A stretch of DNA of 64,000 bases from Lytechinus pictus (GCF_037042905.1 NC_087245.1:24430001-24494000), one strand, 5' to 3'; counted from the stretch's first letter, positions 24,759 to 38,995 are shown. Numbers and translations: made by a program. Notes: generated by a model not told the origin, from the letters alone.

Positions 24759-25096
24759 TTATATGCTATATAGTCACAATGAAATGAAACAAATACCTTA
24801 GCACTTCTGATTTAATTCTGACTGAGATTCGTAGTCTGACATGGACCAATAGACAAGAATATTAAAGTCCTGCTTGGGAAGTAAAATTAATGTACAGACA
24901 TAAAACTGCTATTAGATATTCAGGGTGAACGGAATCATCCCCAAGTAAGTGAGTTGTGTGCGTACACTTATTGTTGATGATTGTTGAGCCTGTTTTATTG
25001 ACTAGCTAAGAGTTTAACCTCTGAGACTTGATTTATTTTATCTGTTCCCTCTTTTTATTCTTAATGCTCAATACTTTTGTTGTTTGTAATTTGCAG

Positions 25097-25171
25097 TGAA
25101 AGTCCACAGAGTTACCTTGATGAACGTTACCAGTGCGATTCCCATAGTTCAGATGATCACTACTTCACCAG
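25097..25171 (+). CDS. IRS: IRS-like exon ESPQSYLDERYQCDSHSSDDHYFT
   Basis: ttgcag|T ... AG|gtacga, 75 nt, phase 2-2. Confidence 0.7.
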
Positions 25172-25538
25172 GTACGAATGCTTGATACAGTTTACTTTCC
25201 ATACCCAAAAAACACAATCAGATGATCATTATTATATTTTTGTACAAAAAAGGGGGGCTGAAGCTCCATAGTCTGCAGGCACAGACCCTGATTGAAAATG
25301 ATCAACAAGTGTGTCTCCACGCAAAGACTAGAACAAACATAACTTGCTGTTTTAGGCCGTCAGTACACAAGGCTTGAATAGGCTGCACATTCAGACCCTT
25401 AACTCAAGTGAAGGGTTTGCACAGCAGACTAGAAGCTCCAGAACTGCCCTGGTTCTGCGGCCCCAGCATATCAAACACGACAGTATCAAGACGGCATTCG
25501 CCTTTTAAATGATCTCATCTGATTTTTCTTTCTTAAAG

Positions 25539-25660
25539 GTTTGGAAGCAGCGGGGGAAGAAGTCGCACCCCGGATTCCCCATCTCATGTATCGATAAGAG
25601 AAGAAGCACTGGAGGCTAACGATGAATATATGAGTATGTCGCCCTCTGCGTCCTCTAAAG
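25539..25660 (+). CDS. IRS: IRS-like exon FGSSGGRSRTPDSPSHVSIREEALEANDEYMSMSPSASSK (not in ORF track)
   Basis: tcttaaag|G ... AAAG|gtatga, 122 nt, phase 2-1; YMSM PI3K-docking motif; RSRTPDS resembles IRS1 RSVTPDS. Confidence 0.85.
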
Positions 25661-26986
25661 GTATGATCCAGGCATCCTGGCTGAGCATAGGGGAGCATGA
25701 TCATCAGTGGGTTGCATGGTTGTCCGGGCCCTGCTTCATAAAGTGCAGTGATTGATCGTGGGGCTAGTTTCTGAGATTGATTGCATTGATTATTATATAT
25801 GACATCATTTATAAAAAAAATCAACCTCGTGATTAATCACTAAAGCTGTTTGTTACAGGGCCTGAATGTTTTAATATGTAGCATTATGGATGTTCACTCA
25901 CAATCGATTTCACTGTTAAAAACACCTTTCAGATATGGTGCAACAATACTCAGCAAAATTTGTCATAGTATTTAGACATGTTGGGACACATTGCCCAACT
26001 TTTTTTAAAGCATTAAAATATGTTGAGAGATGCAAACATCTGACATAGTAATTTTTTCTTTTGTGAGAAGATTAAACTAGTAACTAGGAAATTAGAAAAA
26101 AAAAGATAACTTTTGATATGATGAATCTCGACAAGAGAAGGTATCCAAAGTTTTCTCTAATCAATTAATTCATTTAAATGTCTGAAATAACATATAGACA
26201 CGTGGTCCATTGCAGAAAAAAAAGTTGCATTTGAAACACAACCAGAAAATATCAAATGCAAGTCCAATATACATTCATGTATTTCTGATTGGTTGAAAAT
26301 CAATTATCATTTGAATTTTTGTTTCTTTGATTTCAACTCTTGTAGTAGCTGGCTCTTGGTCCACTGTTAAAAGACTTGAGCTGACTAATTTATTCAACAA
26401 GAGAATATGACCCTAGCTAAATTTTAGTTTACCTTGGAATTCATGACCTATTTCTGGCTTATGAAAACAAAATCACAATTAAAACTTTGAGTTAAGAAGT
26501 AGTGCATGATTTTTTGTTATCCAATCGATGTGCTTGCATGTTGCCTCTGCCAAATATGATTTGTCCCTTTTTTTTCAAGAAAGTTTCTTTGCCTCCCTGC
26601 ACAAATTGATTTATGGGTTCGAAATGATAAAATTCCCTGAAAAATGATAAGTTTGTATGTATGATTTCAGTATGATAATTATAAATTGTATTCATTTTGG
26701 ATTGATTCTGTTTAATTGTTAATAGTATTGTGCATTTAATGTTTGCATGCTGCTTCCTGTGTATTGTCTTTTAACCTGCGATTTTGGTATGTTGTGGATA
26801 GTATTTGAGTGTGGCATATATCTTTCAATGTGATGAACTTGAAACATCAAGGGAAAAGACCTGGTACTCCATTGCTGTTACTATTACTATAATAACTACA
26901 ATTACTATAATCGTAACATTCTCTTTCCAATGCTTCAATCCATGGAATCCATGATTTTGGTTCGACATTGTTACCATGGAACTTAA

Positions 26987-27385
26987 AGAGAAATGCCAGT
27001 AGTTGTAGTAAACACTGATTTCATGAGAAAGTCTGTAAACCAGGCTTAATTTTCAGTATACCATCGAGGATCTAGATCTGGTACATGCACAGTTACATGA
27101 ACTGAACTTTGTGAAATCTTGAAATCTACGCTGAAAAATGTTCACACTGAAGATCACCAACACAGATAAGCGCACGTGGGACAGTGTATTATTATTGCCT
27201 TGAATGTCGGCCCGACGCATGACCCGAATCCTGTGCTTATTTGCTGATTTCTCAGCAATTACACAATTTCTTCCAGAATTCTTTGGCACATTTGTTTTAT
27301 TTATACAAACGGACACTTTGGTGGTCATTTCATTGGATTCTGTACGAACTCATTTTGATATCGTTACCACAACTGGCATTTACCT
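26987..27385. mobile_element. TTAA MITE, inverted copy of 14400-14794
   Basis: TTAA flanks, imperfect TIR with AAATGCCAGT / ACTGGCATTT core, clear reverse-complement similarity. Confidence 0.85.
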
Positions 27386-28108
27386 TTAACATTGGGGTGG
27401 CAATGTTTCCATAATAAAATTTAGAAAACCTTTATGCAAGAATGCTCAGTAGGATTGTGGTTATTTGCATATTTTAATTCTTTGAATTCTACTGCTCTCT
27501 GTGTATTTGAGTCCTGAGTCATGTTTCCTAAAAATTATGATAGTGTTTATTTTTCCATCCAAAATACAACTACCATGCTATTCACAAAGTTATGTTATTT
27601 TACAAAAGACTGGAAAATGGCTATCCACATTGATGTCTTAGTCATTTTAATTACATTACACATGAAGAAGTTCAAATATGTTGAGGTTTACACCTTACTG
27701 TATATGCCATATATTGAAAAATTTGTCAGGACTTTTAATTCATTAAAAAAAAAAGAAGATAACCTTTCAGCTCATACTTTTTTCTCTGTTATTTTCCAGC
27801 CGTGTGTAAGTTGTGTGTACTTACATTTATGGATAGCTTCGTAATGGCGAATAACCTATTATGAAAATGGAGAGCTTGTAGCCTCTAACTGTAGTTTGTA
27901 AAGTTTTCTTGCAAAAGTAGGTTACTATTACAAACAGTTACTATTACAAATAGAGTATAAAAATAGTTGCTGGCTGTTTCCAAACAAATAATTACTTGGT
28001 CGAATTGAAAGATATATACCACTCTCAGGAAATACACCTATCCTCTACAGGTTTTGTTATGTTCACCATTTTGGATGTGTATATGTTTTTCTTTTTCCTT
28101 TTATCTAG

Positions 28109-28402
28109 CATTACCCGTACCCAGAACATTTGCTTACAGTCCACACCTCCACCATCGTCGATTGTCCCCTTCCCTGGCCCATAGAAGGTCCTCCTCCCCG
28201 GCCCTAACCTCCCCCACCTCCAGCCCCTCCCTAGCCCCGGGAACCGGTGGACAGCACCTCCAGGTACCGCATCACTACCACCACCACCACCACCAGCAGC
28301 ACCAGCAGCATCACATCTACCAGAATCACCTATTCTTGCATGTTGCCTCGTCCTCCTCGTGTGCCTCCAGCGCTGAGAGCTCGCCCCGTAGTCTCTCCCC
28401 TC
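28109..28402 (+). CDS. IRS: IRS-like His/Ser-rich exon, probable cassette (LPVPRTFAYSPHL...HHYHHHHHQQHQQHH...SPRSLSP)
   Basis: long pyrimidine tract + tctag|CA ... C|gttagt, 294 nt, phase 1-1, open frame, GC-rich against AT-rich flanks. Confidence 0.65.
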
Positions 28403-29112
28403 GTTAGTTTGTTTGCTTTTGATTTTTTTACAATGATAATCCATTTATCTTTTATAAAGGGGGTGAGGTAAATTAACTTGCCAATGCAGAATATATTTTA
28501 TTATACGTTTTAATGATTCAACAAGCTAGAAAATAGATATCGGTGAACTTTTGCCAAATGTTTATTGAAAAATGAAATTTTTGTATTATTGTTTTAACTT
28601 TTTTGTCTGCATGATTGTTTTGCATGATATCGCATGTTTATTTCTGCTGAATTTGTGTCAAATAATCTACCGTGCATGTCCCGAAAAATGAAATGTGTGA
28701 GTTTCTTGTAGTTGTCTGGGTGCAAAGTAATTGCATAGAAGTACAAGCCGTTAACATATGAGCTAATGTATGAATGTTTTTTTATTTCAAAAAGACTTGC
28801 CAAACCCCATAATCTCAAGCAGGTTTAGATTTTTATATACACCCTGTACAGGTATTGGAACCATAGTTCTACCTCGGAAAAAGAGTTGCTTATTAACGCA
28901 GCCAATGTTGTTTTAGTGTATGACTTCTGTACGATATAGTGCCTGTGGTATTAACAAGTTTTGTGATCAGATGGTCTATTTTGCCATCCTGTTGCAATTT
29001 TCAAATACCAAAATCACTGTTCATGCTTGGAAAAGGTTAATGTTTTGAATGGAAGTGAATTACTCAATATAAAATTTTCAAAATAGAAATTCCAGGCCTA
29101 ATGTTTACCACT

Positions 29113-29700
29113 TAGGTATTAAGTCCTCCACAGAAAAAAAAGGTTGATTTGAATTGAATAAAAAAATAACGCTGAAAAATTCATCAAAATCAAATGCGAA
29201 ATGAGAAAGTTAATACATTTCAAAGATTCATAAATTTTTCGCCAAACAGTTAGGCCTGTATCCAAAACTCAATGATTTGCATATGAGTGAGTCAATGATG
29301 TCACTCACTCACTATTTCTTTTATTTTTTATTGTTTGAATTAAACAATATTTAAATTTTTCCAGACTTGACAAATTGAACCACAAAATGTTAAAAAAGTG
29401 TATTTCCACATGTTCAGGGAGAAATAAAAGTTTGCTTTACACGACACTAAAATATTTTATATTTCATATAATAAAATACAAAAGAAATAGTGAGTGGGTG
29501 ACGTCATTGGTCCCCTTATTTGCATACTGACCCGGATGTGAATCTAACTGTTTTGTAAAAAAATAAATAAGCAAAGATTTAAAATGTCATAACTTATTTT
29601 ACATCCAATGTTGATGAAATTTTCAGTGTTATGCTTGTTAGATTTTTTATCTTTTTATTCAAATCAACTTTTTTTTTGGGGGGGTGGGTGGACTTGCCCT
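29113..29700. mobile_element. Kolobok-like MITE family AGGTCAAGTCCACC, decayed copy
   Basis: colinear similarity to 9327-9916; right end GTGGACTTGCCCT. Confidence 0.75.
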
Positions 29701-29925
29701 TTCAATATCACACGTTCCTACACTTGTACTCTATGGAGGGGTTAAAAGTACTGTACTAAAGCGTATTAGAAATATATCTGCACATACATGTACAGTAATA
29801 TGACTGCAATCTCTCTTTCTTCTCTCTCTCTCTCTCTTCTCCCATCACCTCCTCCACACTCTCTTTCTATTCTCTCCTTCCTCCTCTCTCCTTCACCTCT
29901 TTATCCCTCCCCATCATACCCATAG

Positions 29926-30126
29926 TCGTTGTCGATGAACCGGATTCCTACATGGCAATGACCCCTAGCAACCGCTCAAGACCAAGCTCTGTTACCCTGG
30001 CAACAGGCTCCTCCCCTGCTACTCAGTTGACGCCGTCACCCAGCCAGAGATTGGCCCCTTCCAGCAGCGCGTTGAAGGCACCATCCAATGAAGACGAGGG
30101 TTATATGATGATGGGACCCAGTCCAG
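29926..30126 (+). CDS. IRS: IRS-like exon VVDEPDSYMAMTP...EDEGYMMMGPSP
   Basis: about 110-nt CT tract + catag|TC ... CAG|gtaaac, 201 nt, phase 1-1; YMAM and YMMM motifs. Confidence 0.9.
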
Positions 30127-31276
30127 GTAAACAACGATAAAAACAGGAAATCGAAACAGTACATGCCAATGTAAAACTTAATTAAATCTCATTTATTTCC
30201 ACAATTCAGCAAAATAGACATTAGAATTACACAAAAATAAATCCCCAAAACAGTGAATTAAACAATTCATAGGCATACATTTATATACAATAACAATGGG
30301 TAAATAATATACAAGCATTAACAAAAGTACTACAGGTATACATTAAAAAGTGAAGGGACAAATAAAAGTCTGGGGCCTATCAAGCATTTGTCCCCCAACA
30401 TATAAAGTTTAACTGATACATGTATGCCAGTTTATAAACAAACAAACAGACAAAATAGTAAATAGTTATTTTGAAAAAGGGTAAAAAAGAACTGAGAATA
30501 GGACTTACCGGTAATCGGTTTATTTTTAACATCTTTTTAAATCATGGTATGCCAACGGATTCTTTTGTACAGTATTTTGCACTTTTTTACTTATTGAAAA
30601 AAATGTAGCAGGTTTCATGAAAAATAGTTTATTTCCCCAAATTGTATAATACCTGTATCTGTTGTGGAAAGATACTGTTTTTCCACCCCAAAACTTGTTG
30701 TCATTCCTCAAAGTACTGCTCCTCTTTTTTTTTCCTTTTTTTTTTACAAGTTTGACATCCCTTAGACAGTCTTCGAAAATTAAATCTCCTTAATTAAATC
30801 AGTAAGTCTTTTGGTAGCAAATTTAAGATTATAATCATGCATGCTATCATGGAGTCGTGGCACATTTTGTGACAGTATGATCAGATGCTAAAAAAAGAAG
30901 TGCATTCTACACACATGTTAATAATAATAATATGTTGTACAATTAAATGAGAGAACTTGTTTTCACAAATTGACAAGTTCATCTTATATCCAATTCAGTG
31001 AATCATGGTTGATTATATAATCATCATATTTTCATGGATGGGGGATATTTTAAGTGTGACTTTAATAGAGTTGCACTTGAATTCCAATTGCGTGCAATGT
31101 ATAATACATCAGCGCGATGGTAAGATCATAGAGGACACAATCTACTGCACATTGATCAACGAGGTTGTGCATTCAATATCATTTTCATAACCCTAACAAC
31201 ATGGCTCGCTACTCAAGGTGTCTTCCTTTTCATTTTGATATCACGTCTGTGTCAACATTGAAAGATGACTTTGAAA

Positions 31277-31849
31277 TGAGAAATTCACCCTGACAAAAAG
31301 TTTTGTGTAAAAATAGCAAAAAGGTTAAAGAAAATTCCATGAAAGAAAAAAAAAAGTACGTAGAATTTTAATTATTTGATTTGTGACATCATATGCAAGC
31401 AACCTTCTTATATATCGTATGGTAAAAAATAAATGAAATGTCATTTTTTCAGAAAATTAAAAACGTTTTTTACTGTATGTTCAGCATAACAATAGACAAA
31501 TCACTTCACACCCGTTCCTAAAAGGTAAACAAAAATAAGTCATCAGTAACCATTACAAAATTGAAATTTATGCATTTGATATTACATAAAATATGGGGCA
31601 GCTGCTCGTTTATGACGTCACATATCCAAACTTTAAATTCAAATAACTTTCTTTAATTTTTTGCACAAATTTATCGGCATTACTCCTATGTGTTGAAGAT
31701 CCCATGCACGATCTGTAATGAAAATCATACGTCAGAAAAAAATTGGAACCAGTGGGATTCGAACCTGCTTAATATTAAATGGATTCTCTTCAAACTTTCA
31801 CCAATATTTTTATTTCCTATAACAGTTTTCGTCAGAGTGAACTTCCCCT
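31277..31849. mobile_element. Decayed MITE (Kolobok-like)
   Basis: inverted ends AATTCACCCTGACAAAAA / TTTTCGTCAGAGTGAACTT. Confidence 0.55.
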
Positions 31850-32421
31850 TTATCTTTGTGGAACACCCACTGACCTTTTACGAGCATCCCAAGTGTGGCT
31901 TATTGTTTATTAAAAATTTCTTTCCACGATGAAGAGTCAGAAGTGAGTGAGCTTTTAAAACACACACAAAAAAAAAGGAGCTCTTTGTAGTCAATCACAC
32001 TGATTAAGGGAACTGTGATAATTAATTGATATTGATCTAACCTTGATCTGGCCATGGCAAGGTTGTCTCTTTGTATCTTACTGATGATTCCGATGATTAC
32101 TCTAATTGCTTTTGCTTACAGAACCATGAAGGTAATATTCATTCTAATTTGTTGATTAGGTGGATAGATATTTTGCCCTCAATTACACACACACAAAAAA
32201 AAGGGAGTATGAAAATATTTTTGGTTGATTTTGATTGAAATTTTGGAATGAATGTTAACCTTTTCTTTGGTTGGAGGCTTGCTATTCAAGTTAGGTTGAC
32301 ATTAAATTCTGTCTTTATATTTCATATGAGGAAGATTTTGTTACTTTATTTCTATTTTAATTACTAATGATTTTTTTCACAGAATACAGATAAAGTAGAA
32401 TAGAATTTTAGTTCAATGCAT

Positions 32422-32959
32422 GGATGTCTGTTCCACAATTATCTTTGTGCGCATCGTGATCTGCATCTATTGTAAGCTACATGTATGCGCGTTGATGTCA
32501 CATTGAATGAAGAGATGATTAATCAGCTAATTAGCTGAAACTAATTTTTAAATCTTCCTCTACAACTTCAGAATACTTTACTCTGCAGTGCTGCAAAGTA
32601 TGACGAATATGACCTGGAGTTTGAATATATGGGAGAATGGTTGAGATTTTTTCCTCACAAAGATACAAAACAAGCACATTTTCTCAATGTTTACACATCT
32701 ACAACTTTGCACATTTTGCTGGATTACTAAAAAGAGGATTAACTCAATGTTATGATCTTGTGAGGTCTAAAAATGCCCAATTCTTTTGATTACATAATTT
32801 CACAAGAACTTTCAATGAGTGAACTTCAAAGCTCTATAGCAAAAATGCAAGCACATGAATCCATGTTGTTTTGCAAATTTGGAATATTTAAGTGCTAAAG
32901 CAACTTTGTGCAAAAGACGGTGAAAATTACATGGACATCATTTTAACTGTGGAATGTCC
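32422..32959. mobile_element. Deleted copy of the 3495-4428 MITE
   Basis: shared blocks (ATACTTTACTCTGCAGTGCTGC; AACTGTGGAATGTCC|TTAA). Confidence 0.75.
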
Positions 32960-33930
32960 TTAATAACATAAATCCAAGAATCTTGTGTTCCAATCCATCT
33001 GACTTTAATTTACCCATTGCATACTGGAACCGGGTGGTCCTTGTAAAAGTACAAGGGAGTTACAGAACTTGTTAGATGATTGGTATACAGTTTATGAATC
33101 ACACTGTAAGTAACAGTAACCATTCACTTGACAAAAAAAGCAGCCCCCCACCCCCCCCCCCCTTGTTGATGCACCATGCTATATCAAAGTCACGGTGATA
33201 AGAACCTCCACTGCAACATTACCATCCTTTTTCCCCTGAAGTTTGATGAAAGATCAAAGTGGTGTTGCTCAAGTGCTCATTTCCAAAGTTGTGCAGAATC
33301 TTATACCTGCATGTCAGACCAAAAGGCTATCAAAAAAGAAAACATAGAATTTCAAACAAAATTGTTTTTTCAGCCTCAGAAATGAATGATTATTTCTGCT
33401 GTTGCTAATCAATATTAATTATTTTGCACACTGTATTTGCCCCAAAACATAGAAATGCATATCAGTAATTTATGACACACTACATATTAAATTATTTTCA
33501 TATAATAATTTGTATAGTAGATTTTCCAAGAAGTCCAGGGAGAGCTTCTGGACCCCAAATCAGATTATTCAAACATTTATTTATCGATTGAAAATATCTG
33601 TCTTCATACATTATAAATTAGCATAATCAATGATATCACACCATTATGTGCTAGTTATTCTATCAACTTGTACATTGATTTCAGTACTCCCCAACTTATG
33701 AGGAGCATTTCATGAGGATTGTTGTAGGTGATTTTCACTGACATTTAAAGCTATTGTAGATCCTTTCATCTAATTGGTAGAGAGCTAATGAGTGAACATC
33801 ATCATCGAAACTCTTCATTAAGTGCTCTCAGGATTCTTTTATTCCCGTAGCCCGAACCACAGGAACTACCAGGTGTCTATAACAAATGAGTTAATGGCTG
33901 TTTTTTCTTGTTTTGCTCATTTTCTCCAAG

Positions 33931-35177
33931 GTTCCAAGAGAGCAACACCTATAACCATAACCCCACACGCCGGTAGCTCGAGTGCAGAACCTTCCACCTA
34001 CATGTTGATGAACCCATCGGCCAATCGTCCTTCACCGTCCAACAGCCCCGGCTTAGCCTGGGCTCCTGCACCCATGTCCATCTCGCCCATTGGAGGTGGA
34101 GGTGCCTTCACTACTACAAACTCCTTGGGAAAGAAGTCCCCTGACAAAAAGCACAGGAACTCTGCAGGACCGCAGGACGACGACCTGCTCAAGATCACTT
34201 CATCCGCTCATCAGAGGTCACACAGTGAACCGGTGGTCGATACCTATTGCAATATGGAGTTTGAAGCAAAGCGTGGCCAAGTCTCGCATAGAGCATGCGA
34301 GAACAACAACATTGATAAGAAGGATGCCACCCAGAGGCATAGCATGCCGGCGAAGGAACCAAGGTATATAAATGTGAATTATGAGGAGAAGAATGAACAT
34401 GTGGATAGTAGTGTACAGGTAACGGTTGATGCCCCAGACTGTATAGAAGGAAATGCCATGGTTAGGAACATTGTTGATAGTACTGATGAAGGTCTTGATG
34501 TTGTCAAGAATGGATCGACGGACAGCGGCCTAAATGGGGAGTACATGAACATGAGTTTTGGGAAGGGTAGGAATGGTCCTAAAGGTGTGACTGATCTGAG
34601 CAAGAGGCAGGTTCCCCCCTTGCTCATAGATCCGATTACTCACTCTAACCCGGACAGTCATGATTACATCAATGTCCAAACAGAAACTCGGGAGACCGGT
34701 ATGAAGTCGAGTCCCCGTCACTCCCCCGTCAGCCCACCGTCCCCTTCGTGGTTGCGAAGACCGGTTGCTGAGCAACTCTTGAGGAAGTCGCTGGAAGACT
34801 TATCCTTCTCGCAGCTCAGCAGCATCCCGTCCAGAGGTAGTGCCAACTCTCTCACAGGGGTCGGAAATAACAATCGAAACAGCGACACCATTAGCCCCGG
34901 TGCGCTGTCCTCGCATCACTCGTCACGACGTTCCAGCCAGTCATCGCTGAGCGGTGAAAAGGAATTGAACTATGTCGATGTTGACATTGGACAACCTGCT
35001 CCTGACAAATCTGGTAGTTCCACACCAGCTTTGCGGGAGAAACGATCACGATCCCCCTTCAGACGTATCCCCAATGAGGATAAGAATTGCGATCAAGTCA
35101 ATTATTCCACCATCGATTTCACAAAATCCGAAGGATTGAGAAATGTAACAAGCAACTTACGAGATGCTCGCTACTAA
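33931..35177 (+). CDS. IRS: IRS-like terminal coding exon
   Basis: ttctccaag|GT acceptor (phase 1) to TAA; YMLM, YCNM, YMNM (PI3K), 2x YINV (Grb2-type), LNYVDVD and VNYSTIDF (SHP2-type, cf. IRS1 LNYIDLD / YASISF). Confidence 0.9.
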
Positions 35178-37716
35178 TAATCACATCGCCATTGCTCGTG
35201 AACTTCAGACTTTTCATGACTCTGTTGAAATGTCATGGATATTGAAATGCGAAACACTTTACAGAGCTTTCGTACTTTATTTCTTTTTTAGTTGAAAAAA
35301 AAGAAAGTGAATGAAAAAAGATTTATATGCTGGTTCAAATATTTGTCTATCTGCCTAATCCTCAATCTATTATCAGCCACTTCAGATAAGAAATAAAAAC
35401 CGAAGAAAGAGGAGTTGTTTCTGATTTATTGTGAATTTAGTGATCGTACAGGGAATTCAACGTAGATTGTTTCCCTGTATTTATTAAACCTTCAAAATAA
35501 ACTTTGTCATTTGGTGTTTAGCTCATGAACCACCCAGAATGTATTCAAGCTGTTGGTCATAACACCATTTTTTAATACTATGGTGTGATCCGTACATTTT
35601 TGTGAAAGGTAACATGTTATGAATATGATAGTGATTGGATACTCTATCGGCTTGTGTTGTGAAAAGATTATCTTTCTCTCTATATATAGATATATATGAA
35701 GTTTGTTCATTCATAGATGCCTTTATGAAAACAAGAAATGTTGCTATTGTGTTTACCAGATATGGCTATCAAAGCAAAACGTAATTTGATACCCATTTTA
35801 ATTTTTGATATTTTGTATAAGGGATTTGAATGCATATTTGGTACATGGAACTGTTGGTTCACGTTGTGTACGTATACGATTGATATTGTAATTTTGTAGG
35901 TCATACATGTACATTTTGGTGTGATGAACTTTGCTGTTTATACTGTAGCTCCCAAGATTACGCAAAAGGAACTCTGCAGTCAGTCTCTACCATTGTGTAC
36001 CTTTATGCATCTGTGATCATGTACCAGCTTTCAATTTCTGTATACATTAATTTTTATTAAATTCCTTCAATCACAGCTAGCATTTTATATGTTGACCCAC
36101 GATTGGATAACACTATCAAGGCATTTTCCAGAGGGTGCTGGGAGCCTGCTGGTTCGGTCGATAACATACTGACCATAAGCATACTGACCATGTCTATGTT
36201 TGCGTCTGTCAGGGCGATTTGACGTTGACATCCACATACTGACTGTCGCTACTTTTGGCTATAAACACTAATGATAAATTCAGCGAAAAACATTTTTTAC
36301 AATATCCTGTTGTGAGTGAGCAGTTACGCAGCACAAATTTAAGAATGAGCAGATATGTTTTTGAGCCACTCTGCATGAAAATATAGACTTCAACAGTATT
36401 ATCATTTCTTTCATGTATGAATTCTTTAATGTTTACTGGACTAATAAGCATCACATTCACCCAAGCCCAACTTGGAGTATTTGGGAATTCCAGGGTTTAA
36501 TAGGGAGATAGCTCGCAAGTTATGTGAAAACTTACATCAGGGCCTGCACACCTCCCGGCCATCGACGATTGTACAATATACAGGACGAAAGTGCAATGAT
36601 GGCATTGTTCTTGTATGAATGTATCTTCAAGGTCTGCCCTCTCCGCTGCCTCTCTCATGTGAACACTCAATATCTCAATGTCTGTTGGCAAGGGAAGGTG
36701 GAACATGCGTGTGGAACTCCCTTTCTGCCAGTAGCAGAAGCTGGACTTTGGTGTCCCACTTGATTGTCCGTGAGTGTCCGTTTACTCAAAGTGTTTTGCT
36801 TCCCTTGCGTTGAACTGCATCTTCGTTCCTTATGGTGTGTGCTTTTTATGGCACACAACTTCCTCACTTGCACTGCCAACTTCAATGCACTGGATGGTGC
36901 TTGGATCCTGGAATCCTAATCAATGCCTTTTATGCATAATTGTGTATGTATTTTGCTTCAATTGATTATCAATGTAAGTCTATAGCAAACCGTGTACAAA
37001 AATTTGCTATCAAGAAAGTAAATATCTCTTTATGTTGCAAAGCCCTATTAACTGTCAAGATGTATATCATGATTCTATATTTGTTTGTATGACAATCAAG
37101 TGTGCTACCTTAACAACTCAGTGTAATCATCTCAGAATGAACTCCCAACAAATTCAATTCAGCTTATTTTGTACTTAGGACACCAAGAATTGTGTGTTTT
37201 ATTTGTGAGCAGATAGGTATGTTACTGCAATTATGTGAGTACATTATGGTTTCAGTGAAAGTGGATGCTGTCAAAAATTCAGAGAAGATGAATTTCTTGA
37301 TTTGGATTGCGATATACTAAAATATCAATGTTTATTTTCTATATGCAAAATGCAGTGTACACAATAGAAAATTTTAGCTTCATTTAAAATGAAGTTTTTT
37401 GTAAGCATTCAGCTAACATTTTTTATACCGATCTGGTTCACTAGAGAGCAACATGTTAAAAATTGCCTCCATTCTTTGAGTAGAAATTCAGCTATCATTT
37501 AGGCACGTAGACCAAAAAGTCAGTGGCAAGTCTTTCCTGCAGGAATCCCGCTTCCGGCTTTTGATCACCAATTGTCTTGTTTCATTGTACACAAAGTAAA
37601 TGGAGAATTCAGGAAAGCAGCTACATGTATAAAAAGATGCATATTAAATGCTTTTATAACGGGATTTCTGCTTGAAGGAATGGCACAAACTTTTGACAAG
37701 TTGCCTTTAGGTTGAA

Positions 37717-38014
37717 CAGGGTTCCCATAGTCATGGAAAATCCTGGAAAAATTTGTGAACAGTCATGGAAAAGTCATAGAATTGCATTTACCTCTTGGCT
37801 ATGGCAGCTTTCCAGTTTGTTGTGTCTCACAACTCTCATACTCTGTGATCATAATCTGCTGTTAAAATTGGTGTTCATGATTTCAATTTTTCCCAGTTTT
37901 GTGACATCCCAAATTCTACATATCTACCGGGACGTCACGGGAAGTCATGGAAAGCTGCAATGTAGTCATGGAAAAGTCATGGAATTCTGTTTTCAAATTT
38001 CTGTGGGAACCCTG
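37717..38014. mobile_element. hAT-like MITE with 6-bp TSD
   Basis: TIR CAGGGTTCCCA / TGGGAACCCTG; GTTGAA on both sides; internal AGTCATGGAAA repeats. Confidence 0.85.
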
Positions 38015-38719
38015 GTTGAAGATACAATGTACAAGATCTATGGCCAATGTACCCTGCCAACATTTTTTTTCCTTTAAATTATGCCATACTCATCTACATG
38101 TATACATGTACATAAATCTCCTCAATTCTGATATTTAATGTGTGTTATAACTGCAATCAAAGTTTATTCCAAACAAATCAGTATTAGGGGAAATAACTGA
38201 TTGCTAATATTTGACTAAATGTCACATGCCAAAGTGTGCTTATGGAAAATTTCTGATTGACCTGTACTATGTTGATAATATCAGTTCAATGAAGTACTTA
38301 CATCTTTCATTACTCTTATCGTAGATGATTATATGATAGGTTATGTTATGACATAATCATTCAGGGAAAAGTGGAAAGAACAGTACCAGATAGAAGACCT
38401 TTTGGCAAAGGTAGAGTGTGTATTTTTGTAACTGAGTGAGAAAGAAATAGAAATATATGAAAAGTTTTGTTTTTTATATATATGAATTGAATGGATATCC
38501 ATATATTCAACTTCGAATTCATCGTTTGCGCAATGTAAATTCTGATATTGATCATTTGTGGCAGCTTACAGACACAAGTATGCTTTGTGTTATTTCCATT
38601 TCAGTGGCCTCAGACATGAGGTCAAATGTCGTATTCAAGTTTTGTTCAGAAAAAAATAGGACGAAAGAACTTTTTTTTTCCAAAGAGTAGGCTTAAGTTT
38701 GCTTTACGAACAATTTGAT

Positions 38720-38995
38720 TTACTATTGATAATAATAGTAACTTGATTTATAAAGCACTTTTTGATGCAAAGTGGAACCACTAACACTCCGGCTTTTGTA
38801 GCTTCAGCAACCATTTTATTAGCCACACTCAGTACATTACAGGAATTCAATACAAACGGGTACCCATTCACCTCAACTGGGTTGAGTGCAGCACATTGTG
38901 GATCAATTTCTTGCTGAAGGGATATATACGCCATGGACGGGATTTGAACCTCTGATCCTTTGTTTAAAAGACAAGAATCAGAACCTGTAGACCAT
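38720..38995 (-). mobile_element. tRNA-derived SINE, decayed
   Basis: reverse-complement B-box (GGGATTTGAACC), core GGTACCCATT..ACC..GGGT shared with the 48172 SINE, A/T-rich tail. Confidence 0.65.

Noticed and set aside
33822..33930. N-terminal part of the 451-aa ORF
   Set aside because: Intronic; a clear acceptor at 33930 joins in frame to the upstream exon
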